From the NCBI GenBank assembly GCA_039030515.1, contig JBCCEA010000019.1, positions 14,578-78,577 on the forward strand: 64,000 bases of DNA, read 5' to 3'. A model generated the notes under the pieces. That model had not been told where the DNA came from and did not search any database. It saw nothing but the letters and a program-made list of their open reading frames with translations. Each line of letters starts with the position of its first letter. Positions within the stretch are counted from its first letter, which is position 1. The DNA comes from Myxococcota bacterium. GTDB taxonomy: Bacteria > Myxococcota_A > Polyangia > Polyangiales > Houyiibacteriaceae. This document shows positions 1-10,382 of the stretch, piece by piece. The translations under genes were made by a program, and so were the position numbers.

Positions 1-440
1 GTGAAGTTGACGAAGTACCAATGGAGGAAGCTCCAGTCGAAGCTGAGTGGGTAGGCTACGAGAATCGGCTGTGCGCCCGCCGCTGTTTCCCTGATCCATA
101 CAGCTGCAGCTTCCATGGCATCCTGCGGGGAGGCACCCTGGCGAGCAAGCTTTTCGCGATCAAGACCGTTGATCTTCAGCGCTTCTTCTTCGTAGCGTGT
201 CGAGATTGGTTGTAGTTCGCTGTAAAAGCTGACGTCGTAGGAGCAAGGACGCTCGAAATTGGCCCCGGCACGTCGCCCAGCATAGACCAGGGCAAACGAG
301 AGCATCGAATACTCACCAGGGATTGGGCCATCCGTTTCAATGTCGACGGAAAGATAGATCTCATCGACTGTATTGGAATTGCCAGGTTTTTCAGAGATTC
401 TAGGCACCGTGGGGGCTTGAAAAGGAGTACGCAGAGTCAT
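1..440 (-). CDS. DEDD-family 3'-5' exonuclease (runs off window start)
   Basis: Not in ORF track. Manual translation from ATG at 440 gives MTLRTP...YLSVDIETDGPIPGEYSMLSFA...LVAYPLSFDWSFLHWYF, with ExoI DxE and ExoII FD motifs and no stop before base 1. Confidence 0.8.
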   Translation of the reverse strand, partial: MTLRTPFQAPTVPRISEKPGNSNTVDEIYLSVDIETDGPIPGEYSMLSFALVYAGRRAGANFERPCSYDVSFYSELQPISTRYEEEALKINGLDREKLARQGASPQDAMEAAAVWIRETAAGAQPILVAYPLSFDWSFLHWYFVNF

Positions 441-536
441 CATCTATCGCGTACGGTACCAGATGTGTTCGGCGGCATCGAGTTGGCTAGGCAGACCACT
501 TGCTTCGGGTCCCACCGCCCCGGCTGCCCGCCACAA

Positions 537-578
537 CCTGACTGGGTACGGTTGGGGTAAACCTGACCGGGTACGGCT
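537..578 (+). repeat. Doublet of dispersed REP-like motif CCTGACYGGGTACGG
   Basis: CCTGACTGGGTACGGTT (537-553) and CCTGACCGGGTACGGCT (562-578). The same motif occurs at 23688-23727 and 53787-53915. Confidence 0.75.
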
Positions 579-800
579 CTGCACAGCGGAACCTGAGCCA
601 GCACAGAGATACGTGAGGTGAAATCGACGGATATCGAATCAAATCGAAATCTACAGAACGCTGAGTTTGGAATGTATACCGGGCAGAAAATCGAGCTCAC
701 GTTAGACTTTAGGTATGCCGAGAACCGGCAGACTCCGAGCACTATCCGCTACGGCCAGATGAATAAGCCATGAGTTTCTTGTCTCCACTGAGGTGCTAAA

Positions 801-1949
801 ATGTGGACTTGTGGATATGGCCCAACACTGCCCTTGAGGCGCGTCGCATACTGCGATCGACTCATTAAGCTGTTCTACGATATGGAGTTTGACCCGCTAC
901 TCGGTGCGTGGACACTACAAGGCAAAGCGGCAAAGCGGCAAAGCGGCAAAGCGGCAAAGCGGCAAAGCGGCAAAGCGGCAAAGCGGCAAAGCGGCAAAGC
1001 GGCAAGACCAGCAGGTTCCGATGCGCGGCCGCCTACGCCGTCTCTCGCTCTGGTGATTCCTGCTTATTTGGCAAATCGAGATACAGGCGATCTTAGAGGC
1101 ATAAGCTTCGATGAACTAGTTAGTTGGTTAGATCAAGTAGGATCGACCTATCCAGGGGAAAAGCTGCATTTCACATCGATTGCCCGGCATATCGAAATTG
1201 TCTTTAGATCACAACATACTCACCTCACAGTACAGGAATCATGTCTTCTCTTTGCTTTAAGGTCACAAACCGGAACAATCGATTGGGTCGCTAAAAAACA
1301 ACAACTCCTTTCAACGGAGAAACCGTTTGTCTCACCTTCTGCACCAAAAACAACAAGCATGCTAGTTCAAATGTCAGCCGATCAATGCTTCTTTTTTCGG
1401 GCTGGATCTATGGAGCATGCTGTCATGTTTTTATTTTTCAGGCACGGCCCGCAGGGCGCTTTTTACTGGGCAGAATGCAATGCTGGCGAGGGATGGTGGC
1501 AAGGAGGTGATGTGGATGGTAGAGGTAACATCGTACCTCGCATCTACCGATTAAAAGCCAGCTCTGATTCAAAATGCTCTCTTGATAAGGTTCTCACTTG
1601 GATGCTCTTAGGTCTCCTCAATCCAAGCTACGATCGCTTCGAGGGAGAGCACCTCTACCCGGGTCACTGGTTTGAGAATTGTTATGATGTCGCAGAGCTG
1701 GTTTCTTACAGCCCTGCCTTGAGGTCAGCAGCCCAGGCCGCAGCCAATCCGATTCAGCGGGGAGGCAGCTGCGCTATTCGCTCTCTGGTCGCGGGTATAC
1801 GTCTTATGTTTGCTCTGGGGCGTGTGCCTATGAACACTTCTGCACCATGCTCGCACGATCCTGGCGGTAGTCTTCGCCCGAGATGGTCCCCATGGAACTC
1901 TTGTTTGCCTCGACTCCGCAGGAGAACACCAGTAGGAGTCGACGGCTAG
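801..1949 (+). CDS. Orphan protein, putative cysteine protease (His-Asn-Gln-Cys order), paralogue of 4600-5730
   Basis: 382 aa with GSMEHAV, ECNAGEG, PIQRGGSC. Shares LNPxYxRFEGEHLYPGHW with the 4600-5730 product. Confidence 0.6.
   Translation: MWTCGYGPTLPLRRVAYCDRLIKLFYDMEFDPLLGAWTLQGKAAKRQSGKAAKRQSGKAAKRQSGKAARPAGSDARPPTPSLALVIPAYLANRDTGDLRGISFDELVSWLDQVGSTYPGEKLHFTSIARHIEIVFRSQHTHLTVQESCLLFALRSQTGTIDWVAKKQQLLSTEKPFVSPSAPKTTSMLVQMSADQCFFFRAGSMEHAVMFLFFRHGPQGAFYWAECNAGEGWWQGGDVDGRGNIVPRIYRLKASSDSKCSLDKVLTWMLLGLLNPSYDRFEGEHLYPGHWFENCYDVAELVSYSPALRSAAQAAANPIQRGGSCAIRSLVAGIRLMFALGRVPMNTSAPCSHDPGGSLRPRWSPWNSCLPRLRRRTPVGVDG
921..1005 (+). repeat. Microsatellite (GGCAAAGC)x10 inside CDS
   Basis: Ten perfect 8-bp units at 921-1000 plus GGCAA. 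Confidence 0.97.
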
Positions 1950-1985
1950 GCAGCCGTTGTTCAAAACCTGAAGCGTTCAAGAACA

Positions 1986-3747
1986 TCACGGAGTGATCAT
2001 AAAAGCCGATGATGCACCAAGCTCCAGCGTGATCGATTGGTGCTTCGGCATACTGCGTTCAGGCCGGTGCCAGTAAATGCCGTAATTATTTTGATGATTA
2101 TGAGATTTTATGTAGCGTCCCACTCCGAGAACCAACCAGCAAGATGTTACTGGGTCGTAGACTGCAAATATTGTGTAGCCGCGCATTCCAGGAGCAGTGA
2201 CATGGCAAATCCGACGTGATTCCAGGTTCTTTGATCTCAGATAATCGACAACAAACTTAGGCATCTTGTTTTGGGGCACGCTATCACGCGCTTTTTGCAG
2301 AGCTGCTACTACTGAAAGGTTTGCGTCTTCCAGATCTTCGATCTTCTTCCATAAATGTGTCGCACCGACGGAATACCATAACTCATTCTCTGATGAACCC
2401 CAGTGGACCGATGCCACTCCAGAATTATGTTCACTCTTAGGTTGAGTTTGCGTGCGTTGGGTCGCTTGCAAAGTGTGCCTCTTTTTTTTAGGAGCTACGT
2501 TTCTTCTCTTCGATACCGGTAGGGGCTTCAGCGGCACGTTGGCACCAGTAGACTCGGTAACAGGAGGCGACGAGACCTGCTCCAAACCAGTATTCCCTGG
2601 AGGATCTGAACTGGGCACTTGCGCTCTGACTTGAGGAGAACACGCCATAGCGGCATCAAACTGGTCTTCCGCTTCGAAAAAACAATCTTCGAGATGTTCA
2701 ATGCGCGCGATGGTCTCGTCCAAGCACTCCTGCATACTGTCCATTATTCTCATCCAACACCCATGATTCCATCGGGCCCAGCGAACTCTCGCTGACGTCA
2801 GCCTCCAGCCACTGCTGATTAAGTTAACGATGTAGCCGCGCGCAAACCGAGATTTCTCGATAGTCACCTGACAAGCCAGAAGATAACGAATCGCAGTGGA
2901 CCACGATTCCTCGGTGGAATTGGTCGTCAGGTATCTTAGATGAGGCACGCGAAAGAGACACCCCCGCTGAACTACGAATTCGTTCGGCAACCGTTTCTGG
3001 GGCAAACGGTTGAATGACACTTTCGATCCGGCGTATTGTGCAATCGAAATCTGGTCTGGAAAGTCGATCCTGCGACGGCAGATCTTTTTGGGCATACTTA
3101 CCCCAAAGATATCTTAATAGTCCAGAGGCCAAATACAGATTTTCCGTGAATCTGGATACGCGATACTCCACTTCAGATATTGAATCACAATACAAATCCC
3201 ACAAAGGAATTTGTACATGAAAGAAATGACTCAAATAGCGTCCTCCATGTTCAGCGAAGAGCTTAATATTTCTAAACATAACCGGTAGAACAATGGCTTC
3301 ATTTTCTATGGAGTTCAGATCGACCCACACACTCAAAGCTTTTTCTTTGTAATCTTTGTTGACATTGGTAATGGTCGGTATGACTCGGGATTTGATCCTT
3401 TGGGAGATGATCCGAAGAAAGCAAACCAACTCGTGAGAATCGTGTTCTCGCAGGATTTCAATAGGGAGCTCGCTGTTGGACAAGCCATTTGAAATCGATT
3501 TTATCTGTGTCAGACCCTGGCGCATATTTAGCAGAGCAAGGGTTTGTAACTTCCGGATGAAATCAAAGTAGTCAGAAGGGCCTGAATCCTGCACGAGAGG
3601 GAGCGGCGCCCGGTCTTTTTGGGAAAAAGTGTGACTTTCAAAATCAAGACGAAGATTAAGCAGTTGTTCACAACGATCAAGAGACGTCGCTATCGTTGAC
3701 AATAAGTTTTTTACTATTTGAGCGGATGCATGTCGATTCGATGGCAT
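1986..3747 (-). pseudogene. Probable frameshifted orphan gene (ORFs 2824-3747 and 1986-3095) with NLS-like tract and C-terminal RelE/BECR-like domain
   Basis: Two long same-strand ORFs overlap by 272 bp. C-terminal ICHVTAPGMRGYTIF...LVLGVGRY resembles the C-termini at 56019 and 59969. Contains KRRNVAPKKKRH. Confidence 0.5.
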
Positions 3748-3938
3748 AAAGCTATAAACTCACATAATGATAGCACCGCTGTGTCTTGTGTCCGGAAAAG
3801 CCTGATAGCGCTCGACCATGCAGCACAGAAATCTATGTTTGTTACGGCTTGATGGACTTACCTTTCGCGCATGCAATATTCTTGTTCGGTGAAGCTAGGC
3901 CGTCAGACGAGGCCGGAGAATTCGTGTTACGAAGCACT

Positions 3939-4325
3939 ATGAACGTGACCTTGAGTTCTCCTCGATGGCTCATTGCGCCATACGTCATCAACATTTTAAT
4001 TCTGGTCCCAGTCTGCTACCAAATGCTCTTCGGTCGGGGAGTGTCTGCCGTATTTGACGGTCTTGTTCCCGAATCGGCTGGACTTCGGATGATGGTCGGA
4101 GCGCTATGGAGCGCGATCCTCTTTGCTTCTCTAGCTGGGCTGCTGCATCCCAAGTTTTTCGCGCTGATCTTGCTCATTCAGGTCTTCTACAAGGCTCTGT
4201 GGCTCGGGCTTTTTATTCTACCTCTCTGGCGCTTGGGTGCTCCGCTGCCGAGCGGTATCACCTGGACATTTATCTTTATCGTCCTCACCTACCCCATATT
4301 TTACGGATTCGCGCTGCGCGACTGA
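3939..4325 (+). CDS. Small integral membrane protein (about 4 TM helices)
   Basis: Four hydrophobic segments. ATG at 3939 chosen over the upstream TTG. Confidence 0.7.
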   Translation: MNVTLSSPRWLIAPYVINILILVPVCYQMLFGRGVSAVFDGLVPESAGLRMMVGALWSAILFASLAGLLHPKFFALILLIQVFYKALWLGLFILPLWRLGAPLPSGITWTFIFIVLTYPIFYGFALRD

Positions 4326-4599
4326 GCTCGGCACTCGGCGGTGGGCGGAGATCTGAATCAAGGTCCTATCGTCGCGCATTCACCGGGCCTGCCGTGGCAC
4401 TCTTGGGTGATGCCGAAGTCGTACCGAGCCGGGCGGGAGATGCCTGACGTTGATGGCTCGATATGGAGATTTTGCAAGGCCCAAAGCGTTTCTTTGATGC
4501 CCCACCCAGAGGATCGCCAGGGCAGCTCGCCATTGTGGGGCTCTCTGAAACCGGAAGATACTGCACCGGGCGCTAGAATCGATCATCTTAGATGCGAGG

Positions 4600-5730
4600 A
4601 TGGATCCGCGTGCATCGCTTTTTAAGAAACGCGTCTCCGAATGCGATAGGCATATCGCAGCTTTGGGCCGTGCTCGATATGATTTTGGCCTCGGTGCCTG
4701 GGCAATGGACGGCGAGATAGCGAGGCCCACCGACCTCGCTTTGCCCGCACCTACCCCCTCACTCGCTAAGGTCCTGCCAGACTATTTCCGGAATGCAGCA
4801 ACCATTGATATCGGTGGAATGAGCTCGGTTCAATTGAGCACCCAACTTCGATCGCTGGCCAACCTTAAAGCAGGCGCGAAACTGAAACTCAGCACGATTG
4901 CATCACATTACGAAACAAGCTCATTGGGTAGCTTCAGAGGCTAGGTGCTAAGCGAGCTGGGTTTGTCTGCAAAAACAAGATTCGAGCGTGATAACCAGTG
5001 CGGACAGCTGGCGAAGCAGAGGACACTTATTGCGCAAGCATCTCCCTGTGCTTTCTATTGGACTTCAGATCTGATGCCTTATTTTACTTCACTTCACTTC
5101 ACTTCACTTCACTTCACTTCACTTCACGGAGGAGAATGCTTTTATCTTGGCGGAGGAAGCGCAAATCATTCGGTATGCTTCGTCTTTTTCATTTATGGAC
5201 CGACAAACACTCTCTACTTTGCAGAGTACAATACAGGCGCAGGCGCAGAACGAAGCGGAACCATCTACAAGGAAAAGGTTGTTCCCTGGGTTTATCAGCT
5301 CCCGGCGAGAGATAAGACCTCACTAAGACATGTGCTTTCCAGCATCGTGCTTGGCAGACTGAACCCTCGATATGGGCGATTCGAAGGCGAACATCTCTAT
5401 CCAGGTCACTGGTATGAACATTGTTTTGGTGTCGTGAATAAGGTGCCTGCCGGCAGCGAACTGGAGGTGGCGGCTCAGATCGCCGCAACTCCGCTGCAAC
5501 GTCAGGACGGATGCACTGTTCGTTCTCTGGTGGCGGCGCTGCGCTTTGCCTGGGCGCTTGGTCTCAGACCCAGTCGGGCTTCCGAGGGGGCTGCCGAGGG
5601 GGCCGTGTGCGCTTCTGCCGGACGCAAACCACATCCGCCACATGAGCGGCCTTGGCGATCGACGCGGCTGCTGAACAAGCCGGGGGCCGTCACTCGCCCC
5701 CGGGCCGGCTACCCACAACGCTACGGGTAG
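4600..5730 (+). pseudogene. Putative cysteine protease paralogue of 801-1949, interrupted by in-frame TAG at 4942-4944
   Basis: ORFs 4600-4944 and 4945-5730 are contiguous in one frame. Both halves align to 801-1949 (LGAW..PTPSLA; NHSV, EYNTGAG, PLQRQDGC). Confidence 0.7.
5086..5127 (+). repeat. Microsatellite (ACTTC)x8 inside CDS
   Basis: Eight 5-bp units at 5086-5125, translated as FTSLH repeats. Confidence 0.97.
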
Positions 5731-5809
5731 TTGGCCGCTAAAGAGCCCGGCGGCGCCCGGGCTGCGATGACTTGAACGCCGGTATCTTCTGCAGAAACAG
5801 GCGATCGCC

Positions 5810-8605
5810 TCAGTCGAGAAGCCGTAGACCGGGCGGGAGCAGCTCGCCGAGCATGCGCTGTTCTGCTTCGGCATCGAGATGGGTGACCTCGAGCACCATC
5901 TGGCGCCAAGTACTCGGCAAGCCCGCCACCTCAAGACGGGCAGCAACGCGTGTTCGCTGATCTCCAGCGAGATCCCTTTCGCGATCTCCGCTTCGGCGAG
6001 ACATCAGCGCAGCGGCGAAGGCGGCCTCGGGCACTTGATTCCAATCGCACTCGAGCGCGCGCTCGATCCAGGGCGTGATGTGTTCCGCTGGAACGACCTG
6101 ATGCACGCTGCCGTATTGGGGTACTCGAGCGCCCAAACGTCCGACCGACCACCACGACTGGGCGCCATCCTCACCGCTTTGCAATCGCGTGAGAAGTTGG
6201 TTTCCGGCGTTCATCTTCTGGGCGGTCGCGAGCCGCTCTAGGGAGCCGACAAGCCGCACCATATCCTGATAGCCGAGCTTGCGCGGTCCTTTGGGACGCT
6301 TGCGAGGCGTTCTGGTTTCGGGCTCAAGGTACCAAGACACGTCTTCTAAAAGCTGCGCCTGAAGCGGCTCGTCAAGCCCTCCCGCAACCCGTCGCCACAG
6401 AGTCCACCACTCCGCCCAGTTTTGCGCCTCGGGCACAAACTGAAGTCCCGCCTGATGCACTTCACGCAGCTGGGCGCATCGCCAGTCGTCGAGAGGCGCT
6501 CCGTAGCCGGGCCTGAGGCAGTAGCCTACGAGGTTCAGCCAGACTCGCTCGTGGTCCTTGGAGCGGCGACGTCTTTTTCTGCCCGCCCAAAGCGCCCCAA
6601 AAAGCTCCCGCAAGATGGGCGGATTCCACTGCGCCCTCGGCCCCAAGATCTTCTCAAGATCGGCTCGGAGCGTCTTCACTTCCCGCGGTCCGGTCTCAGC
6701 CTGACTCTTGCCGTAGACGCAATCGATGCGCGCGGTGGCTTCTTTGAAGCGAGGATGTAATCGCTCCACCCTCGCGAGCGAAACGGCAGAATCGGCGGAG
6801 GCTTGGCTTCGAGCCTGAAACTCGAGCTTCCATCGCCGCTCTGAGGCGCCCTCAGCCACACAGCTCAGCTCAAGAGCACCCAACTCGCTGAGCGACGCAG
6901 CAAGCCGCACCGGAACCTCGCCGGCACCTTCGCCTTCGAGCACGGCCGCAACCGGAGGGAGATCTTGCCGAGTTTCTGCAGAAACATGCACCAAATCGCC
7001 GGGACGCAGATGCTGCACCTGACTGGTCGAGGAAAAAACCCCAAACCGAACGGGTTTACCGAGACGCAGGGAGAACGTGCGCTTTTCGAGAACGATTTCT
7101 TCTCCTTCTTCCGCAAAACGAGGCAGGAGCACGATGCCTTCGTCCGGTCGCTCGGTCGTGGTGGAGAGAAAATACGTTCGCGCCGAGCCGCCTCCGATTC
7201 GGAGCCCTATCTTGCGGCGCGCAAGCCCATACGCGACCGCCCCCGCGGAAACGGCGAGTTCGAGAGAGGGGCTTTCAAGCTCTCGGGGCACGCTCCCCCG
7301 CCACGCGCCCAGCGTCGACATCATGCGGCAACGCAAGAGCGCAGAGCGAAACACGCCTCCGTTGAAGAGCACCGCATCCGGAATCGCGTTTGAAGTCACG
7401 CCCTGGTCGGCAGCCGGCCCAGCAACACCAAGGGCCTCCCGAGCAAGGTCCTGATGCAGCCTTAAGAACGCCGCTACATGGTGCGTGATCGCGGGATCCG
7501 CGACGTAAGGAAGCCCGAACTCGACGATCGCAGCTCGTCTTTTGTGGGGAGCCGTTTCAAATTCGCACTGAGGGAAAAACCCCTCCAGCAGCGTAGTCTG
7601 AAGCTCCTGGCGGTCGACCGAGACCGAACGGGCTCCTCCGATCAGTTTGCTGCCGGTGCCGACAACGGAAACAGGTACGTTCTCCGGGGCTGCCTCGTGC
7701 AGCATGCGCTCTTTCGCCAGGCGGCACTGGTATGCGAGCTGTCCAAACGCGTGAGATCCAAGACCTCGGTCTCCAAACCTTGGCTCGAGCAGATGGGCAA
7801 GGGCGAGATCCATATTGTCTCCGCCGAGCATCAGATGATCGCCGACCGCGATTCGGGTCACGCGTGGACCGGTCTCGCGAGCTTCGAGACGTAGAAGGGT
7901 GAGATCGGTGGTGCCACCTCCCACGTCGACTACGAGAACAAGGCGCAGGCCGTCGAGAGCCGAGTCGAGGTCGTCCTGATGAACGCTCATCCAGCGGTAA
8001 AACGCGGCCTGTGGCTCTTCGACCAGTCGAACCTGGGGCAACCCAGCCTCGTGCGCGGCCTTCACGGTCAGAGATCTGGCGGTTTCATCAAAAGAGGCGG
8101 GAATCGTCAGGACGACATCCTGAGCATGGAGCGGTTCGTGGGGAAAAGCTTGATTCCAAGCCTCCTTTACATGAGCCAGATAGCCCGCACTGGCCTGCAG
8201 CGGCGAACACTGAGGCACATCACGACCAGCCCCCCACGGAAGAATGGGCGCCGTGCGGTCCACTCCATCATGGGAAAGCCAGCTCTTGGCGCTGCGTACA
8301 AGGCGACCCGGCGACTTCGCCCCCAGATCAGAGGCGAACTCTCCGACGGCAAAGTCCCGCCCTGTCGCCCAGGGGAGATCAAGCGCGCCTGGGGCAAGCT
8401 CTCCATTCGCTGCGTGGTATCGGGCAGAGGGAAGCAGGGCGCGCGTTTCGACCTGCGCAGGTCCGACCAGCTGAGGAATCGCAAAGGGATGAATCGACGG
8501 GACGGCAGATGGCTCGGCTGGAGAAACGCCAAGGTGCGTATCCGCGTACGCAACTACCGTGTGGGTCGTGCCGAGGTCAATCCCGACAATATAACGTGCA
8601 GACAT
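5810..8605 (-). CDS. Hsp70-family protein with C-terminal DUF3731-like domain
   Basis: GIDLGTT, LTIPASFD, EEPQAA, VDVGGGTTD, LGGDNMD, plus a C-terminal Trp-rich WLNLVGYCLRPGYG...DDWR domain. Likely start MSARY at 8605. Confidence 0.9.
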   Translation of the reverse strand: MSARYIVGIDLGTTHTVVAYADTHLGVSPAEPSAVPSIHPFAIPQLVGPAQVETRALLPSARYHAANGELAPGALDLPWATGRDFAVGEFASDLGAKSPGRLVRSAKSWLSHDGVDRTAPILPWGAGRDVPQCSPLQASAGYLAHVKEAWNQAFPHEPLHAQDVVLTIPASFDETARSLTVKAAHEAGLPQVRLVEEPQAAFYRWMSVHQDDLDSALDGLRLVLVVDVGGGTTDLTLLRLEARETGPRVTRIAVGDHLMLGGDNMDLALAHLLEPRFGDRGLGSHAFGQLAYQCRLAKERMLHEAAPENVPVSVVGTGSKLIGGARSVSVDRQELQTTLLEGFFPQCEFETAPHKRRAAIVEFGLPYVADPAITHHVAAFLRLHQDLAREALGVAGPAADQGVTSNAIPDAVLFNGGVFRSALLRCRMMSTLGAWRGSVPRELESPSLELAVSAGAVAYGLARRKIGLRIGGGSARTYFLSTTTERPDEGIVLLPRFAEEGEEIVLEKRTFSLRLGKPVRFGVFSSTSQVQHLRPGDLVHVSAETRQDLPPVAAVLEGEGAGEVPVRLAASLSELGALELSCVAEGASERRWKLEFQARSQASADSAVSLARVERLHPRFKEATARIDCVYGKSQAETGPREVKTLRADLEKILGPRAQWNPPILRELFGALWAGRKRRRRSKDHERVWLNLVGYCLRPGYGAPLDDWRCAQLREVHQAGLQFVPEAQNWAEWWTLWRRVAGGLDEPLQAQLLEDVSWYLEPETRTPRKRPKGPRKLGYQDMVRLVGSLERLATAQKMNAGNQLLTRLQSGEDGAQSWWSVGRLGARVPQYGSVHQVVPAEHITPWIERALECDWNQVPEAAFAAALMSRRSGDRERDLAGDQRTRVAARLEVAGLPSTWRQMVLEVTHLDAEAEQRMLGELLPPGLRLLD

Positions 8606-9027
8606 CGAGGAGCAGAGCGTAGCCGAGCTCGAGTATTTGAGCACTCTGACGCCCAGCTTCAGCGACTCGGGCCCCGTCAGCCGACGGTCTATACACTACT
8701 GTTTTTATCAATTTTACCCGTCCAAGCCACTTCGTGGTCCAGGTAGCCACTAGAGTCGCCAGCTCCTCGACTAGCTGGGGTTTGCACACTCCACGCGCAC
8801 GTTGGCCTTTCAAAATACGCGCATAAGACGACACGCTGGGCGCCTGCGGCGGAGAAGTTCCTGCGAAAACTATTTCGCAATGTCGAGTTCAGACCTCGGC
8901 CACCAGCAAATTGCGACAGTTCCCCGGGAACAGGCACGGAATATGCTCCGGGATGTGTGTGCGACAGCTCATGTAGTGTCCAGTTCACTGTGGGATTTCC
9001 CACAGTCGAGGACGACGGCGGGGGATC

Positions 9028-10125
9028 ATGACGACAAGCGCGGAACAATATGCACGACTGCAAACGGGTGAATTGCAAGCGAGTGAGGAACGCAGCCCGC
9101 AGATGCCTGAGCATGCTCCGGCGTCGACCTGGTTTCGGACTTCGACCAGCGCGTCGAACATTCAGGGGGAGCCTACCCGACCGGGAGTCGCAGCCCGCCG
9201 GCAGCAGACGGCAGTTCGGAGCACACCGGACGATTCCCCAACTTTGACCGACGATGCACCCGCCGACCTATGCGGACGTGTTGTCGATTTCAAGCATTTC
9301 AGCCAAGCGCTGGCGACCGCGATGGAAACCCATTTTCTCTGTTCTAGTGAACGTTCTTCGGAAGTTTCGGGAAACACACTTCAGCTTCATTTGAGGAAGG
9401 GCTGGAGTCTCTATCGGCTGATACATCATCTGGTTTCCGAGATGAATCAGGCTACGGAGTCGTGGCGGGTGCCCTTTGATGGAGAGGGAACGGAAGACGT
9501 CGCGCGGTCTGAGGACGACACACAGGCGATAGACGAATCGAAATTAGCTGAATCGAGTCTGAGCAGTCTGGGACTAGACGATCCTACGGAGGACGACCTC
9601 ATGGCAGGAGGGACTCCGTCCGCCAAACCTGCCTCGACCTACCTCCGGAACACATCGAATTGCGCTGGTCTTGTTCGGACACCGCTGCCAGCAGAGAATC
9701 TCGAACGCCGCCATAGACTGTGCAGTCCGGCTAGGCAGTCTACGCAAACCAAGCCGTCGTCGTGGACAACCCGCGCGATGCCGGCACACCGGCCCGAGGT
9801 TCGACAACTGGATACGCGTGATTCAGTTCGAATCAGTTCTCATCAAAAATCTTCTGAGTCTCTGCAAAAACCAGGTGAAAGATCTCAGGGCGCGACCAAG
9901 GTGCATGCTTCCTCGACCAGCTCCGCCAGAGCCTCGTCGAGTAAAAGGCTGCCTACGCAGCAAAGCGTCTCGAAAGACCTGCATCGCTACGGTTTGATGG
10001 CTCAGTCCACCCGCTTCGCGAAAGAAACCTCGGCACTGCAGGTTCCCGTTCATCGGACCAATCTCCTTCTACTGTTCTTTGGCCTGTCTGGTCTCACCGC
10101 CGCGGTTCTCTACGCCACCCTGTAA
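9028..10125 (+). CDS. Hypothetical low-complexity protein with C-terminal membrane anchor
   Basis: 365 aa Ser/Thr-rich ORF ending LLLLFFGLSGLTAAVLYATL. Confidence 0.55.
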   Translation: MTTSAEQYARLQTGELQASEERSPQMPEHAPASTWFRTSTSASNIQGEPTRPGVAARRQQTAVRSTPDDSPTLTDDAPADLCGRVVDFKHFSQALATAMETHFLCSSERSSEVSGNTLQLHLRKGWSLYRLIHHLVSEMNQATESWRVPFDGEGTEDVARSEDDTQAIDESKLAESSLSSLGLDDPTEDDLMAGGTPSAKPASTYLRNTSNCAGLVRTPLPAENLERRHRLCSPARQSTQTKPSSWTTRAMPAHRPEVRQLDTRDSVRISSHQKSSESLQKPGERSQGATKVHASSTSSARASSSKRLPTQQSVSKDLHRYGLMAQSTRFAKETSALQVPVHRTNLLLLFFGLSGLTAAVLYATL

Positions 10126-10382
10126 CGCTCTTTCCGGCGGCCTTGATTAGCGGAACCGCGTTCTTCTCACTGGCCCACCGACCTCGTTCGCAGACCTGCC
10201 TCTCCGCTTTGCTCACCTCAGTTTTGAGTGCCTGAAATGGCCTGCTATTGTTCGATAGCCAGCTCGCGCCATTCTGAAAGCGGTCCTCCTTCCAAGAGCG
10301 CACAGGACCTCTGATTCAACCTCCGCGTTGACGCACGGGCTGAGCTTATGGCGACGAACATCCATTATCGGTTCACGTTCCG

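Noticed and set aside
440..742. 100-aa ORF, and short ORFs 21-215 and 176-364
   Set aside because: No recognisable motif. The first crosses REP-like repeats and the others overlap the exonuclease frame.
5879..8746. Numerous antisense or alternate-frame ORFs over Hsp70 and other GC-rich genes
   Set aside because: Shadow ORFs expected at high GC; Arg/Pro-rich and without motifs.
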